The notes beneath the pieces are model-generated. The model did no database searches. It had not been told where the DNA came from and saw nothing but the letters and a program-made list of their open reading frames with translations. Source: a bacterium (GTDB lineage: Bacteria; SAR324; XYD2-FULL-50-16; G965216635). From it: a stretch of 64,000 bases of DNA. Below, one piece after another: positions 10,110 to 19,632 of the stretch; the stretch's first letter is position 1, and each line of letters starts with the position of its first letter. The position numbers and the translations under genes are program-made. Location of the stretch: positions 832,001 to 896,000 of the forward strand of contig OZ244188.1 in NCBI GenBank assembly GCA_965216635.1, given 5' to 3'.

Positions 10110-11003
10110 GTGAATAAAAAAATTATTACACTAGGACCTAAAGGAACATACAGCGATTTAGCAGCCTCAAAACTACCAGCATCTCACACGCGAACCTATA
10201 CACAAACTATCTCTGAAATTTGCCCTTTTGTAATAAAAAGTCAAGATTTTATTGGTGTTATTCCGGTGGAAAATTCTGCTGTTGGCTTGATTTTGTTAAG
10301 TTTAGATTCCATCACTACTCATAGAGTAAGCATTATTGCAGAAATTACAATCCCTATTTCTTTTAGCCTGATTTCTTATTTAAGTTCAGAAAAGATTAAA
10401 CAGTATTATATTCATAGAGAAACTTTTAACCAATGTTCCAAATTTATTCAAAAAAAATTAAAAAACAGCGAACCTATTTTTTGTGAAAGTAACGTAAAAA
10501 CCGCCAAACAATTTAAAAAAAAAAAAGATAAACATTTGGCAGCGATTGTACCTTCTTTTCTTTGCAAAGAAAAATCTTTTCAAAAATATTATCAAAAACA
10601 CTCCATAGAAGATCATAAAAACAATTGCACTCGCTTTTGGGTTCTCAAAAAAGAAGTTACTGATTTAAACAATATCAAAGAAAAATCTAAAATTTCCATT
10701 TATATTGAATTTCGTAAAGATGAGCCTTCTTTGCTTTACAAAACTCTAGGGGTTTTTGACAAATACAAGTTTAATATGACTATGCTTTCTTCTCGTCCTT
10801 TACCTGAAAAAAATTTAGTAGGTGAAAGTTGGACTTATGGTTTTTTTATAGATTTTCAAATAAAAAACAAAAAACAAGAAAAAAAAGTTTTAAAACTTTT
10901 AGAGCATTTTAAAAAAAAAAAAATTTATTGTAAAGTTTTAGGAGCTTATCAAAATATTGAAAATATGAATAGTGAAGAAATTTTTATACTTTTGAATGAA
11001 TAA
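10110..11003 (+). CDS. pheA: Prephenate dehydratase (PDT + ACT domain)
   Basis: LGPKGTYS, IPVENSAVG, IED...N.TRF, SSRP, YGFFID, LGAY. Confidence 0.88.
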   Translation: MNKKIITLGPKGTYSDLAASKLPASHTRTYTQTISEICPFVIKSQDFIGVIPVENSAVGLILLSLDSITTHRVSIIAEITIPISFSLISYLSSEKIKQYYIHRETFNQCSKFIQKKLKNSEPIFCESNVKTAKQFKKKKDKHLAAIVPSFLCKEKSFQKYYQKHSIEDHKNNCTRFWVLKKEVTDLNNIKEKSKISIYIEFRKDEPSLLYKTLGVFDKYKFNMTMLSSRPLPEKNLVGESWTYGFFIDFQIKNKKQEKKVLKLLEHFKKKKIYCKVLGAYQNIENMNSEEIFILLNE

Positions 11004-11718
11004 TAATTGCATTTTTGTAGGCGGTTTGTCGGGCAGTGGAAAAACTCATTGGTTACTAAATTCAAAACACTATTTGGAAACTCAAAAAATAACCTGCGGT
11101 CTTTTTAAACCTTTTGAAACAGGAGCAGCAGAAAAAAAAGCACAAGATAAAGCAAGCGACGGAGAACTGTATTTAAGCCAAGAAAAACAAAGCATAGGGT
11201 TAAATGCCTTAAACCCTTATAGCTCTCATCAATCTTTTCCACTAGCTTTTGCAAGCCAAAGCGAAGGCTTTAAAATTTCTTTAGAAAAGCTAGAAAAAAA
11301 ATTTATACAAGCAAAAGCTCATAAAAATTTGTTATTGGTGGAGCTTTTAGAAGGAATTTTTCATCCTTTGAGCGAGGGAATCTATCTATTAAACTGGCTA
11401 AAAAAAAAAACCACCAAGTTGCTTTGGTTGATGGATCTTGACAGCAGCAAATTTTTATGGAATCAATTAGAACTGAAATCACTTAGTGAAGCTGGTTTTC
11501 AAAGTTTCATCATTCTCAACAATTATAAAAAAAATTTGGATACAGAATGGATAAAATACTACTGGCTAGAAAGTGAAAAAAAAAAAAACTGTACGGTTAT
11601 CGGTTTATTGCCTCTACTGACTGACTTAAAAAATTTGGCGGATAGAAAAGAAAAAGAACCACCTTGCAAAGAAATAGTAGAAATTTGGAAAAAAATTTCT
11701 AAGATCTACTCTATTTAA
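10996..11718 (+). CDS. bioD: Divergent dethiobiotin synthase-like P-loop protein
   Basis: IFVGGLSGSGKT, FKPFETG, SDG, NPY; the canonical EGAGG is degenerate (ELLEG). Confidence 0.55.
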   Translation: MNNNCIFVGGLSGSGKTHWLLNSKHYLETQKITCGLFKPFETGAAEKKAQDKASDGELYLSQEKQSIGLNALNPYSSHQSFPLAFASQSEGFKISLEKLEKKFIQAKAHKNLLLVELLEGIFHPLSEGIYLLNWLKKKTTKLLWLMDLDSSKFLWNQLELKSLSEAGFQSFIILNNYKKNLDTEWIKYYWLESEKKKNCTVIGLLPLLTDLKNLADRKEKEPPCKEIVEIWKKISKIYSI

Positions 11719-11727
11719 TTCAAAAGT

Positions 11728-13203
11728 ATGAAAAAATTTTATCTTACTTGGTTTATTTATTTTCTTTTTATAAGTATTTCCTTTGCAGAATCTAGCAAAA
11801 CACATCTCAAACTAGGGATGGCGTTAGAACCACCCCATTTAGACCCTACCGCAGGCGCTGCTGGAGCTATTGACGAGATTGTCTATAACAACCTTTTTGA
11901 AGGTTTAGTTGCTTTGGATAAGGCAGGGCAAATACAACCTCTTTTGGCTAGAAAATGGACGATTTCTAAAGATAGAAAAAGTTATACTTTTGAATTACAG
12001 CAAAATGTTTTTTTCCACGATGGTAAAAAATTCACCGCAGACGATGTTGTTTTTTCCTTAAGTAGAATTGTAGCAGAAAAAAGCGTTAACGCCCAAAAAG
12101 TTCTTTATCAACCTATAAAAGCCATTCATAAATTAGGAACTCACAGAGTTTTGATAGAATTAAAGTTTCCTTACAGAAATTTTCTTTATTATTTGGCTTG
12201 GGGAGATGCCGTGGTTGTCAACTCTAAAAACTATAAACAAAATAAAATTCACCCCATTGGAACTGGTCCTTTTCAATTTAAAAAATGGATACGTGGCAAT
12301 AGAGTAGAACTCAAAAAAAACACGAAATACTGGGCTAAAAAACCAGCACTAGAGAAGGTTTCGTTTTTCTTCATCGCAGACCCCGCTAATTCTTTTTATT
12401 CACTCTTAAGCGGAAATATAGATGCTTATGCAAATTTCCCTTCCCCTGAAAATATTACTTTATTACAAAAAGACAAACGGTTTAAAATAGTAATTGGTAA
12501 TACAGAAGGAGAAACTCTGCTCGCTATGAATAATAAAAAAAGTCCTTTAAACAATATAAAAGTAAGGCACGCCATTCAGTATGCAGTCAATCGTAAAGAA
12601 ATCATTCACGGGGCTATGTTTGGTTATGCTACTCCCATCGGCAGCCATTTTTCTCCCAACCACAAAGACTATTTGGATTTGAGCAATCACTACTCATTTA
12701 ACATAAAAAAAGCAAAATCTTTGCTAGAACAGGCTGGTTATCCAAACGGCTTTCAAGCTACTTTAAAATTACCGCCTCCAAGTTATGCTAGACGGAGCGG
12801 AGAAATTTTGGTGCAACAATTAAGTAAAATTGGTATCCGCTTAAAAATAGTGCCAGTAGAGTGGGCGCAGTGGTTACAGGATGTTTTTAGAAACAAGGAG
12901 TATGATTTTACAATTATAGCCCATACAGAGCCTTACGATTTTAATATTTACGCTAGAGAAAATTATTATTTTAACTACCAAAATAATCATTTCGATGCTT
13001 TAGTGGAAGAATTAAAACAAACTTTTTCTACGAAAAAAAGAAAAATTCTACACCACCTAATAATGCGAAAACTCACAGACGACTCTGTCAATGTGTTTTT
13101 ATTTCAAAGACCTAAACTAGGTGTTTGGAAAAAAAATGTTAAAGGCTTGTGGGAGAATAGCCCCATCCAAGCTAATGTGCTACGCGATGTTGTTATTCAA
13201 TGA
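11728..13203 (+). CDS. ABC transporter substrate-binding protein, family 5 (peptide/nickel)
   Basis: Signal peptide, LEPPHLDPT, FHDG..FTADDV.FS, PIGTGPF, VRHAIQYAVNR. Confidence 0.92.
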   Translation: MKKFYLTWFIYFLFISISFAESSKTHLKLGMALEPPHLDPTAGAAGAIDEIVYNNLFEGLVALDKAGQIQPLLARKWTISKDRKSYTFELQQNVFFHDGKKFTADDVVFSLSRIVAEKSVNAQKVLYQPIKAIHKLGTHRVLIELKFPYRNFLYYLAWGDAVVVNSKNYKQNKIHPIGTGPFQFKKWIRGNRVELKKNTKYWAKKPALEKVSFFFIADPANSFYSLLSGNIDAYANFPSPENITLLQKDKRFKIVIGNTEGETLLAMNNKKSPLNNIKVRHAIQYAVNRKEIIHGAMFGYATPIGSHFSPNHKDYLDLSNHYSFNIKKAKSLLEQAGYPNGFQATLKLPPPSYARRSGEILVQQLSKIGIRLKIVPVEWAQWLQDVFRNKEYDFTIIAHTEPYDFNIYARENYYFNYQNNHFDALVEELKQTFSTKKRKILHHLIMRKLTDDSVNVFLFQRPKLGVWKKNVKGLWENSPIQANVLRDVVIQ

Positions 13204-13270
13204 AATTGATAATAATATTGAAATACTGAGGAAGGCAAACATTAAGCAACCGAAGAAGAACTTAATAGAA

Positions 13271-13452
13271 TAGACCTTTGAATTTGCCAAATAGAACAAA
13301 ACTAGCTGTGACGGCTAGCCAAATGGTTAGAACAGGTGCAAAAAAAATTTTTAGCTCGTAGGAATACTGAAGAGTATTTCTTCACAAATGACAAGAGTTA
13401 AAAAAAATTTTCACCGCTGCATAGGCTAAACAGAATGCAAATTAAAAGTCTA
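13271..13452. mobile_element. MITE-like palindromic element with TSD
   Basis: TAGACCTTTGAATTTGC...GCAAATTAAAAGTCTA flanked by direct repeat TAGAA (13266-13270, 13453-13457). Confidence 0.85.
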
Positions 13453-13486
13453 TAGAATAAAAGGTTAATGCGACAAAATTTCAGTG

Positions 13487-14587
13487 CTAGCTAGAGGGAA
13501 TATTCCACTTGTAGCGAATTTTTAAACCGTTCAGTTTTGAAACTTTTTTTAGTGATTTGTCTCCTTTAAATCTTTCTTGTAATCTACCAACAACAATACC
13601 TTCAGCAACACCAACTTTTTCAGCAAATTTATAAATAGAATTTTTATCTAAAGAGAGATTTATAAGATCAGAATTATATTTTGGAGGAATTAATTGCTCT
13701 CTTGCAAAGATATCTGCTTCTTCCTCTTCTTTATTACTGATGTTTTCTATTTCAAGGAAAAACATTTTTTTAGCATGTAAAAGTAAATGAGCTATTTCAT
13801 GGAAAAAAGAAACCCAAAGATGATCGTTAGTTTTATAGCGTAAACTTAGCATCAAAAGAGCTTTATCTTGAGAAAGCCAGCGAGTAGCTCCACTAACAGG
13901 GCACCCGCTAGGATGAGGTAAAAATACAACAGCCACTCCGCAGTCAGCACAGTCTTTTGTAAGTTTAGGGATAAAAATTGATGGTACTGTTTCATTGGTT
14001 AGGTTTCTTAGTTTAGGCAACAATTGGGTAAGTTTTTTTTTATTAAAAGGCTCGCATTTTATTTTTGAAGCCATTATTTCACCCTGCCTAATCCAAGTGC
14101 TAACAGCTTCTGGTTTTTTTTCAAATTCTTTAGAAGCTTTAAAAGCTGCTAAAGGTTTTAAATAAATTTTTTTCCATTCCACGTTTGAAGAAACTCCAAA
14201 AAATGCTAAACAGGCTTGTAATTGTTCTTTCTTTTCCTTTAATTTAGGAATCCAGCCAAATTTCACCATCTGTTTGATGGGAAATTTTTTAAGCCATTCC
14301 TTCTGTTGCTCTAATTCCTTTTTTTGTTTTTGACGAGATAAGTTTGCGCGATAAAAAGATTCTAATTTAAGCCAAAAATGAATAGAGGAACCTAATACTT
14401 TTACTAAGTTCAAAGCAATATCTTCTGTGATAACAGTTTTTCCTTTAAGAAGATGCTCTACATTATTTTTCGTAAATCCCATTCGCTTTGCAAATTCTTC
14501 TATTGTCCATTGATTTTTCTTTAATACTTCTTTGATATTTTCACCGGGAGGACAAGCCCAATCAGGTTCAAATTCTTTTTCAATCAT
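13487..14587 (-). CDS. higA: HigA-type XRE HTH antitoxin fused to ImmA/IrrE-like metallopeptidase domain
   Basis: PPGE.IKE, HTH, FWLKLES.Y; LSLRYKTNDHLWVSFFHEIAH (HExxH); EEEADIFA. Confidence 0.85.
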   Translation of the reverse strand: MIEKEFEPDWACPPGENIKEVLKKNQWTIEEFAKRMGFTKNNVEHLLKGKTVITEDIALNLVKVLGSSIHFWLKLESFYRANLSRQKQKKELEQQKEWLKKFPIKQMVKFGWIPKLKEKKEQLQACLAFFGVSSNVEWKKIYLKPLAAFKASKEFEKKPEAVSTWIRQGEIMASKIKCEPFNKKKLTQLLPKLRNLTNETVPSIFIPKLTKDCADCGVAVVFLPHPSGCPVSGATRWLSQDKALLMLSLRYKTNDHLWVSFFHEIAHLLLHAKKMFFLEIENISNKEEEEADIFAREQLIPPKYNSDLINLSLDKNSIYKFAEKVGVAEGIVVGRLQERFKGDKSLKKVSKLNGLKIRYKWNIPSS

Positions 14588-14608
14588 AATGACTACCTAT
14601 ATATATAA

Positions 14609-14748
14609 TTGACCTTAGAATTTGCGTTATGTGACGGCTAGGCAAGGCGAAAAAAAATTTTAGCTCGTAGGAATACTGAAGTATTTCAAGAGTTAAAATT
14701 TTTTTTCAACGATGCATAGGCTAAACAGAACGCAAATTCAAAAGTCTA
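14609..14748. mobile_element. MITE-like element inserted in the 3' end of the toxin gene
   Basis: TTGACCTTAGAATTTGCG...CGCAAATTCAAAAGTCTA flanked by TATAA (extends to TATATAATT at 14602-14610 and 14747-14755). Confidence 0.88.
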
Positions 14749-15060
14749 TATAATTTTTATTTTTATTACTCCATCCCACGTCATTCCACCATCGTTCTTC
14801 TTTGGAATAGCACCATCTGGCACAAAAAGCACTCTGCTTCCTTTATCCAAATCCACAGAATATTCTCCTTTTCTGTTGCCTTTTAATTCATGAGGATCTC
14901 CAAATCGTAATCCTTCTTTTCCTTCTACATTTTTTCTAGCATCCAATTCAAACAAGCGTACCTGCAACAAAGAAGCACGATGTTTGCCGAGTTTTTTCTG
15001 TGCTACTTTTTCTTCTTCACAGATTTTTCTTAGTTTTTCATTTTTAAAAGAAATTTTCAA
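14746..15060 (-). CDS. higB: HigB/RelE-like toxin, C-terminally truncated by the inserted element (original end at 14580)
   Basis: MKISFKNEKLRKIC, HELKGNRKGEYSVDL, R..F.P; lies upstream of higA; stop TAG supplied by the element end. Confidence 0.8.
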   Translation of the reverse strand: MKISFKNEKLRKICEEEKVAQKKLGKHRASLLQVRLFELDARKNVEGKEGLRFGDPHELKGNRKGEYSVDLDKGSRVLFVPDGAIPKKNDGGMTWDGVIKIKII

Positions 15061-15083
15061 GACTTCAAAGCATTAAAGTAGGC

Positions 15084-15117
15084 AAAAATTGTTCACAAGT
15101 AAAAATTGTTCACAAGT
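15084..15117. promoter_or_regulatory. 2 x 17-bp direct repeat upstream of higB, candidate operator
   Basis: AAAAATTGTTCACAAGT twice in tandem, 24 bp upstream of the TTG start; regulatory role inferred from position. Confidence 0.4.
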
Positions 15118-15168
15118 CTAGAGTATATTAAAAAAATAAAATTTTAGCAAAAAAAAAAATACTCAACG

Positions 15169-15226
15169 CTAAAAACTTTTTCTAAGACAAGCTGGAACAT
15201 AGAGCCGCTAGCTCCCATCAGCAGAG
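15169..15226 (-). pseudogene. Decayed duplicate of the 3' end of the ABC permease at 17373-18281
   Basis: Translates SADGS*RLYVPACLRKSF* versus SADKNRIRLHVPACLGKSF* in the intact gene. Confidence 0.75.
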
Positions 15227-15383
15227 TTTAAGAAGAGATTAACTCAATTTTGTAAAAAATTCAATTTGCTTTTTTTATTGCAAAGTTGAACTTTTTTAAA
15301 ACCAATACAAAAAACTCTTTGTTTTTTACAAAATTAGACTAAAATAGAATTCAAAATGATAAAAAACCTTTTAATTTTTAATA

Positions 15384-17318
15384 GTGAATTTTTTGTATTG
15401 GAAATTTTTTAAAGAATCACAGATTTATTCTCTTCCTTTGGTATTTTTTGGAGTAATGTTTGTTTTGGGTCTTTGCTACCAATTCTCTCTGCTTTATGTT
15501 TTTGCTTATCCTTTAACGGCTAGGAGTATTCAAGCCTTTTTGTTAGGTTTGTGCCGACACGCACAGCTATCGGCTATTTTTAGTCTTTTCCCGCTTGTTT
15601 TATTTTTTCTAAAATTGAAATGGCAGAAAATTTTTATTCAAGTTTTAGCGACTGCCTATTTTATTTTTCTTTATATTGACTGGAGATATAGTTTGCAGTT
15701 CGGCACACATATACCCTTTTCGGCAATGCAATATTTAGGCATCAAAGAAACACAGCAAAGCATGATAGATGAACTTTTAAAGCTAGATTTTTTCTTTTTT
15801 GTTATCCTCCCGAGTCTGTTTTTGTTTGTTTGGTTGAGATTTTATAAATCTCGTTTTTCTACATTTGTTTGGCGGAGAAAACTACGATTGGTAGCTCAAA
15901 CTTTTTTTTTGATTTTACTTATAGGCTCTATTCCCGCTAGTTATGCAAATAGCTACTTGGGAAAATCCAAACAAGATATTTTGACTACAAACTCTGTGCT
16001 TTATTTTTTAAAATCTAAGGATGTTATTTTAAACCAAGTTTCAGAAAAACCTAGCGAAGAATTAAAAACAATCCAAAAGTATTTGGGTGATATTTCTGGG
16101 AGTGGTTTTTTAGATTTTGATTATCCTTTGGTAAGAAAATTTACAGGTAGTAGCTGTAGTCAAGATAAGAAAAATGTTTTAGGCGAGTCTTTGTGTAATC
16201 TTTATACAAAGCCGAATATTATTTTTGTGATGTTAGAATCTTTTCGGGCTGAGGATGTTGGTGTTTATGGTGGAAAGCTCCCTTTAACACCAAATTTTGA
16301 TAAATTAGCAACCCAAGGTATTTTATTTCGCAATTTTTTTGCCAATGGATTTCAGACAAAACACGGAGAAGTGGCTAGCCTTTGCTCAATGATGCCAAAC
16401 TATGGCAGGGCAGCTTTAGCGGGCTACCACAAAAACAATTATCTTTGCCTATCACAGGTTTTAGAAAAAATAGGCTATCAAACTTCTTTTTTTCACAATG
16501 GAGATTTGGCTTTTGATAATCAATATCCTTTTTTACAAAAAAATCATTTTCAAATAATTTTTGATAAATTTTCTTTTCCTAAAAATACAGAAAAACTAGG
16601 TTGGGGCTATTCCGATGAAGCTCTTTTTACACATTGGATAAAAGAGTTAGATAAAGCAAAAGAGCCTTTTTTTACAGTAGGGCTAACCTTGACTAGTCAC
16701 CATCCTTACGATGTACCAGAAGACTATAGACTTGCCTTAAAAAAGCTCAACCTTGGTGAAAGCAATCAAGCAAAATTTTTTGAATCCTTGTTTTATTTGG
16801 ATGCTCAGCTGGGTCAATTTATGCAAACAATTCAGCAAAAAAAATGGTATAAAAATACGTTAGTTTTTGTTTTTGCTGATACTTCCCATTATATTAAACC
16901 CCAAGAACAACCACAGAATTTTTATGAAACTGTTGTTTTGCACAGTCAAATTCCGCTTTTGATTTTAGGAGATAAACTGCAAGCAAAAGAAATAAAAACC
17001 TATGCCAGTCAATTAGATTTAGCTCCGACAGTAGCGGAGCTTTTGGGTTTGTCTTTGAATTCTCCTTGGGTAGGGGTTTCCTTGTTAAAACCACAAAATT
17101 TATCTTTTGCTTATACCAACAGACCATTTGGTTATTGGGCAAGTTTAGCAGCAGCGGGAAGTTTGATTCTTTTAGAAGATAAAACTGTATTGGTTCATGG
17201 TGAACTACCTGCAAAAAAAGAAGCTGATTTAATATCCTTTTCTAGTAGTTGGATTGTGAGCCAGAGGTGGCTGTTGCAGAACAACCGTATTTGGAATAAT
17301 AGATTCTTAAAACACTAG
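15384..17318 (+). CDS. LTA synthase / phosphoglycerol transferase-family membrane sulfatase
   Basis: About 5 N-terminal TM segments; PNIIFVMLESF, LTPNFD, TSHHPY, YLDAQLG, ADT, SQLDLAPT. Confidence 0.85.
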   Translation: MNFLYWKFFKESQIYSLPLVFFGVMFVLGLCYQFSLLYVFAYPLTARSIQAFLLGLCRHAQLSAIFSLFPLVLFFLKLKWQKIFIQVLATAYFIFLYIDWRYSLQFGTHIPFSAMQYLGIKETQQSMIDELLKLDFFFFVILPSLFLFVWLRFYKSRFSTFVWRRKLRLVAQTFFLILLIGSIPASYANSYLGKSKQDILTTNSVLYFLKSKDVILNQVSEKPSEELKTIQKYLGDISGSGFLDFDYPLVRKFTGSSCSQDKKNVLGESLCNLYTKPNIIFVMLESFRAEDVGVYGGKLPLTPNFDKLATQGILFRNFFANGFQTKHGEVASLCSMMPNYGRAALAGYHKNNYLCLSQVLEKIGYQTSFFHNGDLAFDNQYPFLQKNHFQIIFDKFSFPKNTEKLGWGYSDEALFTHWIKELDKAKEPFFTVGLTLTSHHPYDVPEDYRLALKKLNLGESNQAKFFESLFYLDAQLGQFMQTIQQKKWYKNTLVFVFADTSHYIKPQEQPQNFYETVVLHSQIPLLILGDKLQAKEIKTYASQLDLAPTVAELLGLSLNSPWVGVSLLKPQNLSFAYTNRPFGYWASLAAAGSLILLEDKTVLVHGELPAKKEADLISFSSSWIVSQRWLLQNNRIWNNRFLKH

Positions 17319-17372
17319 GCTATCTCATAATGTCAATGCACTAGTTTTGCTGTTTTAGAAAGTTTCTATCCT

Positions 17373-18281
17373 TTAGAAACTTTTTCCGAGACAAGCTGGA
17401 ACATGGAGGCGAATGCGATTTTTATCAGCAGAGATAACAATCAATACTAGAATTGTGGCAGCGTAAGGTAGCATAGACATTAAAGCGGGAGAAATACCAA
17501 CGCCTAGTCCTTGCAAATAGAATTGGGCTAGGAGTATTCCTCCAAATAGGTAGGAGCCCAGCATTAGATTGTAGGGTTTCCAAGTAGAAAAAACTACTAA
17601 AGCTAAAGCAATCCAACCTCTACCTGCAGTAATTTCTTCTGCCCAATGGGGAGTGTAAATCAAGGACATATAGGCACCTCCAATGCCCGCCATAGCAGCT
17701 CCAAAAGCTATTGCAAGACTGCGAACCATTTTTACAGAATAACCCATATTGTAGGCTGTGGTGTGGTTTTCCCCTACTGCTTTAAGGATCAGTCCCGCTC
17801 TTGTTTTATGCAAGAAAAAATGTACGAGAAAAACAGCTATAATAGAAAAATAAACTAAAATATCGTGATTAAATAAAAATTTACCGAATAAAGGGATTTT
17901 GTGAAGCAGTGGGATAGGAATAGAAGGTATTTTGTTTATAGTGATACCTACATAAGGCTTTCCGAGTAAAGAACTCAATCCAATTCCAAAAATTGTCATT
18001 GCTAGCCCTGTTGCTATTTGATTGGTTTTAAGAAATTGGGTTAGAAACATAAAAATACCAGCAACTATTACAGATGCTATTGCTGCTGTAGGAATTCCAA
18101 GTAGGCTGATACCTGTAATGCTAGCAGTCGCAAAACCAGCAACTGCTCCTATTAACATAAGTCCCTCTAATCCCAAATTGATGACTCCTGCTTTTTCTAC
18201 AACTAACTCCCCTAGAGCAGCTAACAAAATAGGGGTAGCTGCTATTAACATTGAGGATAAAAAAATTCCTATAAAATCCAT
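17373..18281 (-). CDS. Nucleoside/sugar ABC transporter permease (second subunit)
   Basis: ATPILLAALGE, EKAGVINLGLEG, AVGEN, AGRGWIALALV, MLPY. Confidence 0.9.
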   Translation of the reverse strand: MDFIGIFLSSMLIAATPILLAALGELVVEKAGVINLGLEGLMLIGAVAGFATASITGISLLGIPTAAIASVIVAGIFMFLTQFLKTNQIATGLAMTIFGIGLSSLLGKPYVGITINKIPSIPIPLLHKIPLFGKFLFNHDILVYFSIIAVFLVHFFLHKTRAGLILKAVGENHTTAYNMGYSVKMVRSLAIAFGAAMAGIGGAYMSLIYTPHWAEEITAGRGWIALALVVFSTWKPYNLMLGSYLFGGILLAQFYLQGLGVGISPALMSMLPYAATILVLIVISADKNRIRLHVPACLGKSF

Positions 18282-18331
18282 TATTTTTTAATATTTTAGG
18301 TTATCTGAAATTCATACCAAACTATTTAAAA

Positions 18332-18615
18332 TAAATTTTTGAATTTGCTTGTCTAGTTTAGCCAAACCAAGTTTATTGCTTTCACTCCATACAGGCTTTA
18401 GTAAAAGAGCCACTGGCTCTTTTACATTTATTTTTGGGATTATGCAAGTTTTGTAGTGCCCTGATCCCATTATTGTGGCACTACGCCATTAAAAAAAATT
18501 TTTAACTCTTGAAATACTTGAGTATTCCTGCGAGCTAAAAATTTTTTTTGCACCTGTTCTAACCATTTGGCTAGCCCCAATAGTTAAATAAGCATCAGCG
18601 AAATTCAAAGCTCTA
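18332..18615. mobile_element. MITE-like palindromic element, degenerate ends
   Basis: TTTTGAATTTGC ... GCGAAATTCAAAGCTCTA; internal modules shared with 56645-56972 and 53737-53936. Confidence 0.75.
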
Positions 18616-18676
18616 AGTTACCACTTCCTCAATATTTTTTTCAACCGCAACAAGAAGCCGACTTTTATAAATATCC

Positions 18677-19603
18677 TTACACATTTTGCATAATCCTCCG
18701 AGCTATTTTATAATCCATTCTACGTCTATATTTACCGTCTTTTCTTAATCCTTTAAAAGGAGTCAGAAATACATCTTGTGTCTTATACCTGAAATCACTA
18801 ATAAGATAATTAAGCTTCGCAATAGTATCGCTACTAGCTTCTATACCTCTTACCCTAGTTATGCTCCTAGAAGAATGAGTTATATCGTAGTTTTCTAACT
18901 CACTACCCAAACAAAATTTTATGGATGCTTCAGTAGTATTGTCTATTGCTATAAAACCTAACTCCCCTCTTTCATCATTAAAAACTACATTTCTACTTCC
19001 AGTATCGGTAGGTAAATATTTTCTTTTTAAATACTTGTTAAAGCCTATCAAAGAATCGTTCTCATAAATCAAAAAATCGTCCGAAATTTTATCACTAAAC
19101 AAAGCTAAACATACTGGATTGTCTGTATCATAAAATAATTTTTTTGTAATAACGCTCACTAAATCTAATCTATCTAAAAATAATCTTGCTTGTAAAAACG
19201 ATGCTGGTATAAGAGCCGCTACAAAATTACAATTTGCAAGACACAAAGCTAAACAATGTTTGTATAAATCGTCAAAACTAGTATCAGGAAAAGGTAGATC
19301 TAGTCTTCTTGCTCTACTTTTATAGAGCCAAGGCGGGTTTGTGACACAAAAATTGTGTCCTAAAGGAAAATTTTTTATTGTATCTTTGATAACAACTTTT
19401 TTATTTTTTGGAAATAAATCATACGAAAAATAATGTTCTGCATAATCCACAGATCTCAGCATATCTATAATAGAATTGGCTCCTGCAAATGGCTCTAAAA
19501 CAACCTCTTTTGCCAATTTATTTTCTTCTACCCATTCTTTGAAAAAATCAAATTCAAAGGGATTAAACAATTCAGTATAGTAGATACCTAATTCTTTTTT
19601 CAT
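18677..19603 (-). CDS. Orphan amino-methyltransferase-like protein
   Basis: G.YYT, VLEPFAG (SAM-binding motif I-like), VTNPPW (motif IV-like), LIPASF. Confidence 0.6.
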   Translation of the reverse strand: MKKELGIYYTELFNPFEFDFFKEWVEENKLAKEVVLEPFAGANSIIDMLRSVDYAEHYFSYDLFPKNKKVVIKDTIKNFPLGHNFCVTNPPWLYKSRARRLDLPFPDTSFDDLYKHCLALCLANCNFVAALIPASFLQARLFLDRLDLVSVITKKLFYDTDNPVCLALFSDKISDDFLIYENDSLIGFNKYLKRKYLPTDTGSRNVVFNDERGELGFIAIDNTTEASIKFCLGSELENYDITHSSRSITRVRGIEASSDTIAKLNYLISDFRYKTQDVFLTPFKGLRKDGKYRRRMDYKIARRIMQNV

Positions 19604-19632
19604 TATTTTATTAGATCGGATTCTAAAGAGGT

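Noticed and set aside
15084..15117. DnaA boxes / replication origin
   Set aside because: Only two imperfect matches (TTGTTCACA) and no origin-type gene context
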